Assembly: GCF_001279585.1 (NCBI RefSeq)
Contig: NZ_LGEC01000103.1
Coordinates: 22,925-86,924, forward strand
Length of the DNA stretch: 64,000 nt
Direction of reading: 5' to 3'
DNA from: Nocardiopsis sp. NRRL B-16309
Lineage (GTDB): Bacteria > Actinomycetota > Actinomycetes > Streptosporangiales > Streptosporangiaceae
In this document: one piece after another, positions 42,448 through 52,323 of the stretch
How positions within the stretch are numbered: position 1 is the first letter of the stretch
Layout of the letters: every line of letters begins with the position of its first letter
Position numbers and translations under genes: made by a program
The notes under the pieces: generated by a model
What the model saw: the letters and a program-made list of their open reading frames with translations, nothing else
What the model was told of the DNA's origin: nothing
Databases searched by the model: none

Positions 42448-43752
42448 TCAGGACGAAGGGGACCGCTGTCCGCGCGGGCGGCGCAGGATGAAGACGTACA
42501 GCACGGTGGTCGCGCACACCGTCGTCGCGCAGATGGGCACGAACGCGAGCTGGAACGCGGTCGGTCCCTCCGGGAGCGCTTGGAGGACGGCTCCGGCCAG
42601 CACCGTGCAGACCACGGCGGTCGTGAAGCCGGACATGTTGACCAGTCCGGAGGCCACGCCGGTACGGCTGGCCGGAATGCCGTCGCGCGCGAAGTCGAAG
42701 GACACGGTGGGCGCGAGGGTCTGGCCGATCGCGCTCGCCGCGAGCACCGCGACGCCCACCGCCAGGGGCGCGCCGCCCGGCCAGACCACCAGCAGCAGCC
42801 ATCCCGCGCTCAGCGTGGTCCCCAGCGTGAGCGCGAGGCCGCCGCGCACGTTCGGGTTGCGGCCGATCAGCACACCGACGAACGGCGCCACCCACAGCCC
42901 GCCCGCGGCCAGCGCGGTCAGGGTCACCGCGGCCGTGCTCTCGGGCAGCCCCAGGCCGCCCACGAGGAAGGGGAAGCCCCACAGCACCATCATCATCGTG
43001 AAGGGCGCCATGACGGCGGCGTGGTGCGCCATGCCGATCCGCGGTCCGCGGGCCGCCAGGGCCTCTCTGAGCGCCGCCCACAAGGAGATGGGCGCGGCGA
43101 TGGTGGCGTGCCCGGCGGCCCCGGCCGGGCGGTCGCGGACGACCAAGAGCACGAGCAGCGCCATCAGAGCGGTCACACCGGCCGTGGCCAGGAACGCCGC
43201 CTCCCAGCCGAACCCGCCCAGGGCCCACGCCAGCGGCGCCGCGCTGGCCACCTGTCCGGTGCCGCCGACCACGCCGGTGAGCCCGCTGATCAGGGCGTAG
43301 CGCGAGCGCGGGAACCACAGGGCGGCGAGGCGGATGACGTTGAGGAACACCAGGGCGTCGCCGAGACCGATGAGGAACCGTCCGGCGACCGCCAGTTCGA
43401 CGACCGGCGCGAGGGCGAACATCCCGGCGCCGAGCGTCATCGCGGCCATGCCGATGCCGAGCGTGAAACGCGGGCCCAGGCGGTCGGCGAGCAGCCCCGC
43501 GGGCACCTGGAGGATCACGTAGACGAGGAGCTGGAGCATCGGCAGCAGGGAGAGCAGTGCCGGACCGACGTCGAAACGGGCCTGGGCCTCCAGCGCCGCG
43601 ACACCGAGACCGTTGCGGTGCAGCATGGCCAGGAAGTAGCCGGCCACCGCCACGGCCCAGACGATCCAGGCGCGCGCTCCCCCGGTGGGTTCGGCGGTCC
43701 TCGCCCCCACCCTTGTCCTGTCACCGGATGTCTCGGGCTGCGTCTGCGTCAC
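42448..43752 (-). CDS. MFS transporter (12-TMS)
   Basis: 12 TM segments with MFS motifs (LLADRLGPRF; GLGDALVF). GTG at 43752 follows GAGGAGAG. Confidence 0.85.
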   Translation of the reverse strand: MTQTQPETSGDRTRVGARTAEPTGGARAWIVWAVAVAGYFLAMLHRNGLGVAALEAQARFDVGPALLSLLPMLQLLVYVILQVPAGLLADRLGPRFTLGIGMAAMTLGAGMFALAPVVELAVAGRFLIGLGDALVFLNVIRLAALWFPRSRYALISGLTGVVGGTGQVASAAPLAWALGGFGWEAAFLATAGVTALMALLVLLVVRDRPAGAAGHATIAAPISLWAALREALAARGPRIGMAHHAAVMAPFTMMMVLWGFPFLVGGLGLPESTAAVTLTALAAGGLWVAPFVGVLIGRNPNVRGGLALTLGTTLSAGWLLLVVWPGGAPLAVGVAVLAASAIGQTLAPTVSFDFARDGIPASRTGVASGLVNMSGFTTAVVCTVLAGAVLQALPEGPTAFQLAFVPICATTVCATTVLYVFILRRPRGQRSPSS

Positions 43753-44112
43753 GCGCTGCTTCTCTCCTCGGGGGATGTCTCGTGGTGCTCCGTCCCCAAG
43801 TGTCCCCCAGTCGGACGAATGCCCCTTACACCGGGGTGAACGGCAGCGCAAAATCGCCCCGCGACCTCGGCCCTGGCAGAGGTCTGGACCATGCAAAGAC
43901 CTCGTCGTTCCAGGTCAAGCGTTCGCAAGCTGCGCAAAGTCACCGTAAGTGACACCGGGCATGCCAAGGGTTCGCAAAACGGGTGATGCTGATGACAGCC
44001 CCCGGTGATCCAGAGACTGATTTTCCGTCGGAAATCCATCGAACGCGTGACCGAAAAGTATCCTCTGAGCTGGTGGTTCACGGTCCAACCCGATCGATAC
44101 CCTTTCGTTAAT

Positions 44113-44128
44113 TGTGATATGCGTCACA
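44113..44128. promoter_or_regulatory. CRP/FNR-type site TGTGA-tatgcg-TCACA in a 330-bp low-GC intergenic region
   Basis: Exact match to the TGTGA-N6-TCACA consensus. A second palindrome, GTCAC-cgtaa-GTGAC, lies at 43939-43953. Confidence 0.5.
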
Positions 44129-44347
44129 TCTTCAAGTCTCGACTGCGAGGGGTGAGTTACTGCTAGCATCCGGAGCGCAAAGGATAACTACGAGGTAACG
44201 ACATCGTTCGCGCCTCACCAATCTTTGCCGAGGACCCGCCTCCGGACCGCTCCGGCCGGGGGAGCCCCCTCGCACCGCGGCGTCGTGGCCGCAACAAGCG
44301 CACACGGTCAGTACCGCGGAAACCCTAGAGACCCACTGGAGACGACC

Positions 44348-44731
44348 TTGAGTCACTGGCGCCTGAACAACCCCCGGGCCACCCGGGCGAAGTCGGCTCT
44401 CGCCAGGCGAATCAAGCACAAGCCCCGCCACGCCTTCTGCGCGGAGCGTGCGATCACCGCCCTGCTGGGTGAGCTCGCCTCTCTCACACCCCGCCAGCTC
44501 TACTGGTCCGGGACCTCGGAGATGGCCGTGATGTCGGTTCGCCGTGACGTCAACGTCTGGTGCCGCGACGGACGCTTCTTCTGGAACGACCTCGTCCGCG
44601 GCGGGCAGACCGTCTCCCACCCGGCCAGCGACCCGGTCGGCGCGGCCGCCCTCCTCAACCCGTGCACGCGGGTGCCGGACCCGGTCTTCCAGCACCACCA
44701 CCGCCCCATGGCGGGTCTCACCGCGGCCTGA
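44348..44731 (+). CDS. hypothetical small protein (about 127 aa) upstream of the kinase array
   Basis: Strong GC3 bias. TTG at 44348 follows GGAGACGA. ORF-track ATG 44225 is an alternative start. Confidence 0.45.
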   Translation: MSHWRLNNPRATRAKSALARRIKHKPRHAFCAERAITALLGELASLTPRQLYWSGTSEMAVMSVRRDVNVWCRDGRFFWNDLVRGGQTVSHPASDPVGAAALLNPCTRVPDPVFQHHHRPMAGLTAA

Positions 44732-45358
44732 GCGCACGGGCCCGCGCCGGGCCCGACCTCATCCCACACTCTTCTCCGCCCGGGTCCGACCTCCTGGTCG
44801 GATCCCACGCGCCACCGCCTGCCCCGTGCGTCCCTCCGGGACGCCGTCTTCCCGCGCCAGGCCCGCGCCCGCCTGTCGCACCTCGTCCGGCCGCCCCGAC
44901 GGCCGACGCCCTCGCGGGAGCGGCATCGGCGGCGGGCACCCGCCCGCCCGGCGACACGCCGCCCTCCTCGCGCGGCACAGGGCCAGGGCGTCTTCGTACC
45001 CCCTCCCGCGCACACCACACCCCACGGGAGCCACGCCCCGGGGTGCGACACACCACATCCCCGCGTCTCGGCACGCGACACCGCACGGAGCCGACCACCA
45101 CGGGCACGGCTCCGCGCCCCGGGCCCCGGCGCGTCACACCCTCGCGCGGGCAACGGCTCCGGGCGCGGCTCCGCGCCCCCGCCTCAGACGGTTTCCGCCG
45201 CCGCGGTATCGGACCAACACCTGCAGAGCCACGGATAACATCCGAAATCGTTCCCCAAGGGCGACCTTCAGGGGTTACGGTGAATTTTCGGATGCCCCGG
45301 CACCCCCCGCTCGTCGATGGGCTCCACGTCCTCATCCATCCCTGGCCGCAGAGGACCC

Positions 45359-47533
45359 ATGCGCCCCTTGACTCCGGACGATCCCACACACCTCGGCGGG
45401 TTTCGGCTCACAGCCCACCTGGGTTCCGGTGCCCTGGGGCCGGTCTTCGCCGGTGTGCGCGAGGACGGCGTCGCGGCAGCCGTCCGGGCCGTCCGGGCGG
45501 AGGACGCGGCCGACCCCGCCTTCCACTCCCTCCTGGGCCGCGAGGCGGAGATCATCGCGCGGATCCGGAACCGCTTCGTCGTCCCCCTGCTCGGCCACGA
45601 CCTGACCGCCGCGCACCCCTGGACGGCGAGCGCGTACGTCAGCGGCCCCTCCCTGCTCGACCTCGTGCACCGGACCGGGCCCCTGCCCGCCGGCGCCCTC
45701 GCCCACATCGCGCGCGGAATGGCCGAGGCCTTGGACCACGTCCACGCCGCGGGAACGATCCACCTCGGCCTCACCCCCGCGCACGTGCTCGTCGACGCGG
45801 CCGGGCCCGTACTCGTCGACACCGGCGTCCGGCGCGCGGCCGACGGCGCCCGGATCACCTCCCCCGGGGACTCCGTGTACTGGGCGCCCGAGCACCTGCC
45901 CGGCGACCGGTCCTCCACCGCCGACGACCTCTACTCCCTGGGCGCGGTACTGGCGTTCGCCGCGACCGGGCGCGCGCCGGCCGGCACCGGGCCCGCCGCC
46001 ATCGTCGACGCGCTGCGCGCAGGGTTGGACGGGACCGCGTCCGCCCTCGCCGACGCCGTCGCCGCCTGCCTGGAGGTACGCCCCGAGCGGCGCCCCTCGG
46101 CGGCCGAACTCCTGCGGGCCCTCGGCGGCCCGCTCCCCCAGGACCCGGAGCCGTGGCTGCCGTCCCGCGCCCGCGCCCTGGTCGCACGGTTCGAGGAGGA
46201 CTCCGCCGCGGCTCTGCGGACCGCCCGTTCCGGGCAGGGGCCCGGTCGGGGACCCGCCGACGACGCCGCCGCGGGCCCGTTCGAGCCCGCCTCGCCCGGC
46301 CCCCGCCCCGAGGGCCGCCGCGCCGACCGCTCCGGGGCCACCGCCGCCTCCGGTTGCCGGGAGCATCCCGGAATCGGCGTCGGGGCCGCGAACGGCTCCG
46401 CGACCCTGTCCCCGTCCCCCGCCAGGGCTGCCGCAGCGGCCCGGCGACGGCGTGTGGCGGTGCGGATCGCGGCCGCCGCCGGAGCCGCCGCCCTGTTCGT
46501 GACCACGGGCGTGGCCCTCACCGTCACCCTGTCCTCCGAGGACGTCCTGCCCGCGGACGTCCAGGCCCCCGACTGCTCCTCCCCCGTCGGCATCGACCCG
46601 GCGCTCGTCCCCGCCGAGGAGCCCCGGACCCGCTTCAGCCCCGACGTCCCCTTCCGGCTCTCCTTCTCCCCCAACGGCTCGGTGCTGGCCGTCTCCCAGG
46701 TCGGCGGGGTCGACCTCTGGGACTGGGACCGCTCCAGCCCGCTCGCCGCGATCCCCACCGACGGCTCCGTCGTGCCGCCCAGCCCCGTCACCTTCAGTCC
46801 CAACGGCTGCGTGCTCGTCCACGGCGGGCCCGAGGGCGCCGCCGTGACCGACCTGCCCACCGGCGAGGGGACCCTCGTGGGCGGCGGGTCGGTGCACTCG
46901 GTCGCGTTCAGCCCCGACGGCGGCACCCTCGCGGTCGGGGTCGAGGGCGACCCGGACCACCGCCTCCTCCACCTGATCGACCCCGACACCGGCGAGACCG
47001 TGTCCGCGCTGGCCGGTTCGGCGCGGCTCGGCGCCCTGCGCTACTCCGCCGACGGCGGCACCCTGGTCGGCAGCGAGGACAACGCCGGGTTCGCCGTCTG
47101 GCGGCTGGACCGCCCGGGCGAGGTGTCGCTGATCGGGGACGGCTCCGGCAACGAGGCGTTCGCCGTCCTGCCCGACGGCTCCGGCGTCCTGCTCGTCCAG
47201 TCCGACCGCGTGGTCCTGGTCGACCCGGAGACGGGCGGCGTCGAGCGCGAGTTCGTTCCGCCGTCCGGGGAGGGCGTCCTGGTGGACGTGGCCTACAGCC
47301 GCTCGACCGGCCGCGTGGTGGCCGCCCGGCTGGACGCCGCGATGGGCGCCGAATCCGTGGTCGCGTGGGATCTGCGCACCGCGGAACGGATAAGCCTCGC
47401 AGGCGAGCCGCCCGCCGTGTATCCGATGGCGGTCTCGCCGTCCGGCAACCACCTGGCCGGGCTCCGCGCGGGCTCCCACGACATCGCCGTCTACGACATG
47501 GACTTCTCCCTGGTCGGCGTCCTGGCGCAGTGA
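45359..47533 (+). CDS. Ser/Thr pseudokinase fused to C-terminal WD40-like beta-propeller (paralog 1 of 4)
   Basis: Gly-loop LGSGALGPV is retained. The beta3 Lys is replaced (AAAVRAV). The catalytic loop is HLGLTPAHV (no HRD Asp) and DFG is DTG. Propeller repeats include VTFSPNGCVLV, VAFSPDGGTLAV and LRYSADGGTLVG. Confidence 0.85.
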   Translation: MRPLTPDDPTHLGGFRLTAHLGSGALGPVFAGVREDGVAAAVRAVRAEDAADPAFHSLLGREAEIIARIRNRFVVPLLGHDLTAAHPWTASAYVSGPSLLDLVHRTGPLPAGALAHIARGMAEALDHVHAAGTIHLGLTPAHVLVDAAGPVLVDTGVRRAADGARITSPGDSVYWAPEHLPGDRSSTADDLYSLGAVLAFAATGRAPAGTGPAAIVDALRAGLDGTASALADAVAACLEVRPERRPSAAELLRALGGPLPQDPEPWLPSRARALVARFEEDSAAALRTARSGQGPGRGPADDAAAGPFEPASPGPRPEGRRADRSGATAASGCREHPGIGVGAANGSATLSPSPARAAAAARRRRVAVRIAAAAGAAALFVTTGVALTVTLSSEDVLPADVQAPDCSSPVGIDPALVPAEEPRTRFSPDVPFRLSFSPNGSVLAVSQVGGVDLWDWDRSSPLAAIPTDGSVVPPSPVTFSPNGCVLVHGGPEGAAVTDLPTGEGTLVGGGSVHSVAFSPDGGTLAVGVEGDPDHRLLHLIDPDTGETVSALAGSARLGALRYSADGGTLVGSEDNAGFAVWRLDRPGEVSLIGDGSGNEAFAVLPDGSGVLLVQSDRVVLVDPETGGVEREFVPPSGEGVLVDVAYSRSTGRVVAARLDAAMGAESVVAWDLRTAERISLAGEPPAVYPMAVSPSGNHLAGLRAGSHDIAVYDMDFSLVGVLAQ

Positions 47534-47539
47534 CCGCGC

Positions 47540-47745
47540 CCGGGCCTCCAGGTCCGCCGGACCACCCACCGGTCGGGCCTCCGGGCAACCTCCAACCGAC
47601 CGGGAGCCGGGCTCGGAGGTCGGAGCGGCGGGCCTCGGGACGGCCGGGCCTCCGGGGCTCCGCTCCTCGGGACGGCCGGGCCACCCACCGGTCAGGCCCC
47701 TGATCAGCCGGGCCTCCGGGCGCCCGGGCCTCCAGGGCGGCCGAT
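47540..47745. repeat. dispersed short repeats (CCGGGCCTCC[G/A]GG x5; GCCACCCACCGGTC[G/A]GGCC x2; CGGGACGGCCGGGCC x2)
   Basis: Motif recurrences seen directly across the 320-bp gap between kinase paralogs 1 and 2. Confidence 0.7.
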
Positions 47746-47854
47746 TCGGGCCACGCTCTGGGGCCCGCGCGCGCGGACGGCTACATTTGGCGGGGGACGG
47801 ATCCCCCTCTGCCCGCCGCCCCGCGCCCCGCCGAGTAAGGAACGCGTAGCAGCC

Positions 47855-50137
47855 GTGCAGCCACTCGCCTCCGACGACCCCCAGAGCATCGGCCCGCACC
47901 GCCTCCTGGCCCGCCTGGGCGCGGGAGGCATGGGCAAGGTCTACCTCGGGCGCACCCCCGACGGGCACCTGTGCGCTCTCAAGGTGGTCAAGGAGGACCT
48001 GGCCCACGACGCCCAGTTCCGGGCCCGCTTCGCCCGCGAGATCCGTGCCGCCCGGCGCGTGCGCGGCCCCTTCACCCCCGCCGTCGTGGACGCCGGCCCC
48101 GAGGCGCCCGCGCCGTGGATGGCCACCGAGTACGTGCCCGGACCCACCCTCAAGGAGGCCGTCCGGAACGGCGGCCCCTTCCCCGAGCCGTCCCTGCTCG
48201 TCCTCACGCTCGGCCTCGCCCGCGCCCTGGCCACCATCCACGCCGCCGGCCTCATGCACCGCGACCTCAAGCCGAGCAACATCCTGCTCTCGCCGCGCGG
48301 ACCCCAGGTCATCGACTTCGGGATCGCCCGCGCCGTCGAGGGCACCGTGCTCACCCGCACGGGACAGACCTTCGGCACCCCCGCCTACAGCTCCCCGGAA
48401 CAGGTCGTCGGGCAGAACGTCTCCCCGCGCAGCGACTTGTTCTCGATGGCGGGCGCCGTGGTGTTCGCGGCCGGCGGGGAGCCCCCGTTCGGATCCGGAC
48501 CGCCCGTGCGGGTCCTCCGACGCGTGATGTCCGAACAGCCCGGCCTGGACGCGGTCCCCGAGGGCACGCTGCGCGACCTCCTCGCCCGCTGCTTCGCCAA
48601 GGACCCCGCCCACCGGCCCGAGGCCGAGGAGGTGCGTGCCGCGCTGGCCGGTCTGCCGCTGCCCTCGGCGGAGCACGGGTGGCTTCCCGCGCCCGTCACC
48701 GAACAGATCGACCGCCACGCGGGCCGCAGCCGCCGCGCGCAGGAGTCCGACCTCACGACCGCCGACATGAGCGCACCGGATGGTTTCGGCACCGGCTCGA
48801 CCCCGCTGTGGTCGGGCGCGACCGTGCCGGGCGAGTCGACCGTGCCGGGCGGCTCCCCCGTGCCCGGTGAGGACACCGGGGCAGGCCAGGACACCGTGTC
48901 GGGCGGCTCCCCTGTCCCGGGCCGGGGCACCGGACCGAGCGAGACCCGCACCGCCCCCGGCGACGGAACCGGACCGAACGGGACCTCCACCGCCCCCGGC
49001 GCGGCCCCGCCCCGCCCGTGGTGGCGCCGCCGCGCCGCCGTCGTGACCGCGGCCGCCGCGGCCGCGCTGGTCATCGCGGGCGGCGGCGCCCTCCTCCTCA
49101 CCGCCCTCCCCCTCGGCTCACCCGAGGCGCCGGGTACCGGGACCAGCCCCTCCCCCGACCCGTCCGACGGCACCGCCGCGGACGGGGAGGCCCTGTCCGT
49201 CGACCTCAGCGGATTCACCTTCGACCTGGGCTTCTCCGCCGACGGCGAGACCCTGTACGTGTACGGCACGGAGCTCTCGGCCTGGGACTGGCAGGAGGGC
49301 GTGCCGGTCGACGTCTTCGAGCCCTCCCCCCTCGGCGGCGCGATCGGACGGGACGGCCGCATCGTCGCCTCCTACGTCGACCACATCCGTGTCTGGGACG
49401 GCGACAGCGACGACGTCACCGCGCACTTCGGCTCCGCCCACGAGAACGGCGACCGCGGCTACTACCAGACATCCGCCATCACCGGCGACGGCACGAAGGT
49501 GGCCGCCACCGCGGCGGAGGACGGGCAGCCCGGCAACGACCACGTCGTCCAGGTGTGGGACGTGGAGCGCGGGGTCCCGGAGGTCGAGATCCCGCTGGAG
49601 GGCATCCTGTACGCGCTGGAGTTCTCCGCCGACGGCTCCCTGCTCGTGGGCCGCGAGGAGGCCTCCGACGGCTCGGAGCCGCTGGGCGTGTCGGTGTGGG
49701 ACGCCCGGACCGGCGAGCGGCTCCACCACTTCACCGGCGGCTACGGCCGCCAGTTCGCCCTGGCCCCCGAGGGGCGGACGATGGCCGTGAGCGTGCCGGA
49801 CGGCGACGGCGAGGGCCCCGCCGGATACGAGCTGGTCGACCTCGACACCGGCGAGGTGACCGTCCCCCTGGCGGACCTGGACGAGGACCACGCCGGTGTC
49901 ATGGGGATCCGCTTCTCCGCCGACGGCCGCCGGGTCTACGCGCTCACCGGCGGCGGCGCCACCGAATTCGGCAGCGTGTGGGACGCGCGGACGGGCGCTC
50001 TCGTCGACGAGTCCGGCCCGCCGCTCTACGAACCGCTCGCCGAGCAGGACGACGGCGGGCACATCGCCACGATGACCTCGGACGCGCGCGTCCTGATCCT
50101 CGACGCCGACTTCGGCGTCGTCACCGAACTGCACTGA
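47855..50137 (+). CDS. Ser/Thr protein kinase (catalytically intact) - TM - WD40-like beta-propeller (paralog 2)
   Basis: Catalytic motifs are intact (LGAGGMGKVY, ALKVVK, HRDLKPSNIL, DFG, SSPE). A TM segment (AAVVTAAAAAALVIAGGGALLL) precedes the propeller (LGFSADGETLYVYG; LEFSADGSLLVG; IRFSADGRRVYA). Confidence 0.9.
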   Translation: MQPLASDDPQSIGPHRLLARLGAGGMGKVYLGRTPDGHLCALKVVKEDLAHDAQFRARFAREIRAARRVRGPFTPAVVDAGPEAPAPWMATEYVPGPTLKEAVRNGGPFPEPSLLVLTLGLARALATIHAAGLMHRDLKPSNILLSPRGPQVIDFGIARAVEGTVLTRTGQTFGTPAYSSPEQVVGQNVSPRSDLFSMAGAVVFAAGGEPPFGSGPPVRVLRRVMSEQPGLDAVPEGTLRDLLARCFAKDPAHRPEAEEVRAALAGLPLPSAEHGWLPAPVTEQIDRHAGRSRRAQESDLTTADMSAPDGFGTGSTPLWSGATVPGESTVPGGSPVPGEDTGAGQDTVSGGSPVPGRGTGPSETRTAPGDGTGPNGTSTAPGAAPPRPWWRRRAAVVTAAAAAALVIAGGGALLLTALPLGSPEAPGTGTSPSPDPSDGTAADGEALSVDLSGFTFDLGFSADGETLYVYGTELSAWDWQEGVPVDVFEPSPLGGAIGRDGRIVASYVDHIRVWDGDSDDVTAHFGSAHENGDRGYYQTSAITGDGTKVAATAAEDGQPGNDHVVQVWDVERGVPEVEIPLEGILYALEFSADGSLLVGREEASDGSEPLGVSVWDARTGERLHHFTGGYGRQFALAPEGRTMAVSVPDGDGEGPAGYELVDLDTGEVTVPLADLDEDHAGVMGIRFSADGRRVYALTGGGATEFGSVWDARTGALVDESGPPLYEPLAEQDDGGHIATMTSDARVLILDADFGVVTELH

Positions 50138-50151
50138 ACGGGAGACGCCCC

Positions 50152-52290
50152 ATGCAGCCTCTCGACCCCCGCGACCCGCGCCAGGCGGGTCCGTACCGGA
50201 TCGTCGCCCTCCTCGGCGCCGGCGGCATGGGCCGCGTCTACCTCGGCCTGGACCCGGATGGGGCGCCCGCCGCCGTCAAGGTCGTGCGCGCCGAGTACGC
50301 CTACGACCCCGACTTCCGCGCGCGCTTCGCCGGCGAACTCGACCTGCTCTCGCGCGTCCACGGCGCCTACACCCCCCGCGTCCTGGGCGCGGACCCCTCC
50401 GGCCAGATGCCGTGGATGGCCACCGAGTACGTCATGGGGCCGTCCCTGCACGACCTCGTCCTGCGCACGGGGCCGCTCCCCGAGCAGGCCGTCCGGCATC
50501 TGGCGCGCGGTGTGGCCCAGGCGCTGGCGCACGTCCACTCCCTGGGCATGGTCCACCTCGACCTCAAGCCCGGCAACGTCATGGTGTCCGCGGCCGGCCC
50601 CCAGGTCATCGACTTCGGCATCGCCCGCGCCATGGAGGACGCCCAGCGCGGCGGCGAGGGCGCGCAGGACCCAGAGGACACGGACGGCACGGCGAGGGCG
50701 GTCATCGGTACGCCGGGGTACATGTCCCCCGAGCACGTGCGCCAGGAGGAGTGCGGACCGCCGAGCGACGTCTTCGCACTGGGCGGCGTCCTGGTGCACG
50801 CCCTCACCGGCGCCGGTCCGTTCGGCGACGGCCACCCCTCTGCGGTCATGTTCCGCATCACCACACAGGACCCGGTCCTGACCGGCGTTCCCGAGCCCCT
50901 GGTCGGCCTCGTCCGCGCCTGCCTGGACAAGGACCCCGGCCGCCGCCCCACCGCCGCCCAGGTCCTCCAGGCGCTCGGCGGCCCCGCCGCCCCCGCGCCC
51001 GCGGCCTCCGCCTGGCTGCCGCCGCCCGCCGCACGGGCGGTCGACGCCGCCGCCCGCGAGTACCAGGAGGCCATCGCCCAGGCGCCCGCCGCGCACGCGT
51101 CTCCCGGAAGACCCGGCGTACCCGTGACGCCGGGGGCCGCCGGAAGCAGGGGAACCCGGCGGCGCCTGCTGCTCGTCGGCGGCGCCGCCACCGCCCTGCT
51201 CCTGCTCGCCGGAGCGGGCACCTGGACGGCGGTCGCCCTGCGCGGCGGCCCGGGCGGCGGCGCCTCCGGAGCCGAGGCCTCGCCGGAGCCGGACGCCGCG
51301 TGCGACATCACCGCGGACATCGCACCCGAGCTGGCCGAGACCGCCCGGGACCGGCCGACACTGCCCTCGACCTCCGTCAACGCGCCGGAGTTCTCCGCCG
51401 ACGGCCGGGTCCTGGCCGTGGCCGCCACCGAGGCCGTGGTGCTGTGGGACTGGGCGGAGGAGACCGAGCTCGCCCGCGTCGAGGTGGACTCGGAGGAGTT
51501 CATGGTCGCCCCCGCCCTGAGCCCGGACGGCTGCCGCCTGGGCTACCCCGACACCGACGGCGCGCACGTGTACCACCTGCCGACGGGCGAGCACACGGTC
51601 TACCGCGAGGGCTCCGACATCGAGGACATGGCCTTCTCCCCCGACGGCCGGTCCGTGGCCGTGTCCGGCGCCGCCGCCGGCCAGTCCGGAGAAATCCTGC
51701 TCCTGGACCTGGAGTCGGGCGAGATCATCCGGACCTACGAGGAGGTGACCGCGGCCCAGACCATCGCGTTGACCCCGGACGGCGAGCACCTGGCCGCCAT
51801 CAACTTCGAGGGCCTGACGCGGGTCTGGGACGCGGAGAGCGGCGAGGTGCTGTTCGCGGCCGACGACGGCCACTACGGGTTCGGCGACAACCTGTTCCTG
51901 CCCACCGACGACGGGGACCTGCTGTACATGGCGGACGAGGGCCGCCGCATCGTCCACACGAACTACCTGACCGGGGAGGACGTACGCGTGCTCACCACGG
52001 AGGACGACCTGGAGGAGGGGTTCTCGGAGTTCGCGGTGAGCATGGCCGACGACCGGGTCTTCGCGCCCTACACCCCGGGCGAGTTCATCGTGACCGACGA
52101 GGACGCCTACGGCATGAAGGTGTTCGAGCTCTCCAGCGGAGAGGAGCTCACCGCCGACGGGGACGAGGGGTACATGAGCCTGGTCACCGCCCGCCCCGGC
52201 GGCGGGATGCTCGCCGGCTTCCCCTTGGACAACACCCCGCTCTGGCTGGTCGAGCCCGACCCCGTCCGGCTCACCGCGACCCTGGGCTGA
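50152..52290 (+). CDS. Ser/Thr protein kinase, non-RD type - TM - WD40-like beta-propeller (paralog 3)
   Basis: ATG lies 14 bp after paralog 2. Motifs are LGAGGMGRVY, AAVKVVR, HLDLKPGNVM (Arg of HRD lost, Asp kept), DFG and MSPE. Propeller repeats include EFSADGRVLAVAA and MAFSPDGRSVAVSG. Confidence 0.9.
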   Translation: MQPLDPRDPRQAGPYRIVALLGAGGMGRVYLGLDPDGAPAAVKVVRAEYAYDPDFRARFAGELDLLSRVHGAYTPRVLGADPSGQMPWMATEYVMGPSLHDLVLRTGPLPEQAVRHLARGVAQALAHVHSLGMVHLDLKPGNVMVSAAGPQVIDFGIARAMEDAQRGGEGAQDPEDTDGTARAVIGTPGYMSPEHVRQEECGPPSDVFALGGVLVHALTGAGPFGDGHPSAVMFRITTQDPVLTGVPEPLVGLVRACLDKDPGRRPTAAQVLQALGGPAAPAPAASAWLPPPAARAVDAAAREYQEAIAQAPAAHASPGRPGVPVTPGAAGSRGTRRRLLLVGGAATALLLLAGAGTWTAVALRGGPGGGASGAEASPEPDAACDITADIAPELAETARDRPTLPSTSVNAPEFSADGRVLAVAATEAVVLWDWAEETELARVEVDSEEFMVAPALSPDGCRLGYPDTDGAHVYHLPTGEHTVYREGSDIEDMAFSPDGRSVAVSGAAAGQSGEILLLDLESGEIIRTYEEVTAAQTIALTPDGEHLAAINFEGLTRVWDAESGEVLFAADDGHYGFGDNLFLPTDDGDLLYMADEGRRIVHTNYLTGEDVRVLTTEDDLEEGFSEFAVSMADDRVFAPYTPGEFIVTDEDAYGMKVFELSSGEELTADGDEGYMSLVTARPGGGMLAGFPLDNTPLWLVEPDPVRLTATLG

Positions 52291-52323
52291 CCCCCGCCCG
52301 CCCCACACCACCCACCGAGGCCC

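Noticed and set aside
44225-44347. Longer 168-aa version of the small gene upstream of the kinase array
   Set aside because: The first 40 codons lie in the low-GC intergenic island and have poor GC3 bias. The TTG at 44348 with GGAGACGA upstream fits better. Retained only as an alternative start.
45332-48718. 1128-aa minus-strand ORF (and similar giant antisense ORFs at 50026-55239, 60026-63784, 32384-37819, 23573-26563, 19023-21824, 1636-3729)
   Set aside because: These lie antisense to genes with clear conserved domains (kinases, EccC, giant ATPase, ClpB, DnaK, D-aminoacylase). Their translations are Arg/Gly/Pro/Ala low complexity, typical of shadow ORFs in 72% GC DNA, and none carries a recognisable motif.
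49018-52290. 1090-aa ORF spanning kinase paralogs 2 and 3
   Set aside because: This is a frame-shifted read-through of the paralog 2 region into the genuine paralog 3 frame. Paralog 3 has its own ATG at 50152, 14 bp after the paralog 2 stop, with upstream GGGAGACG.
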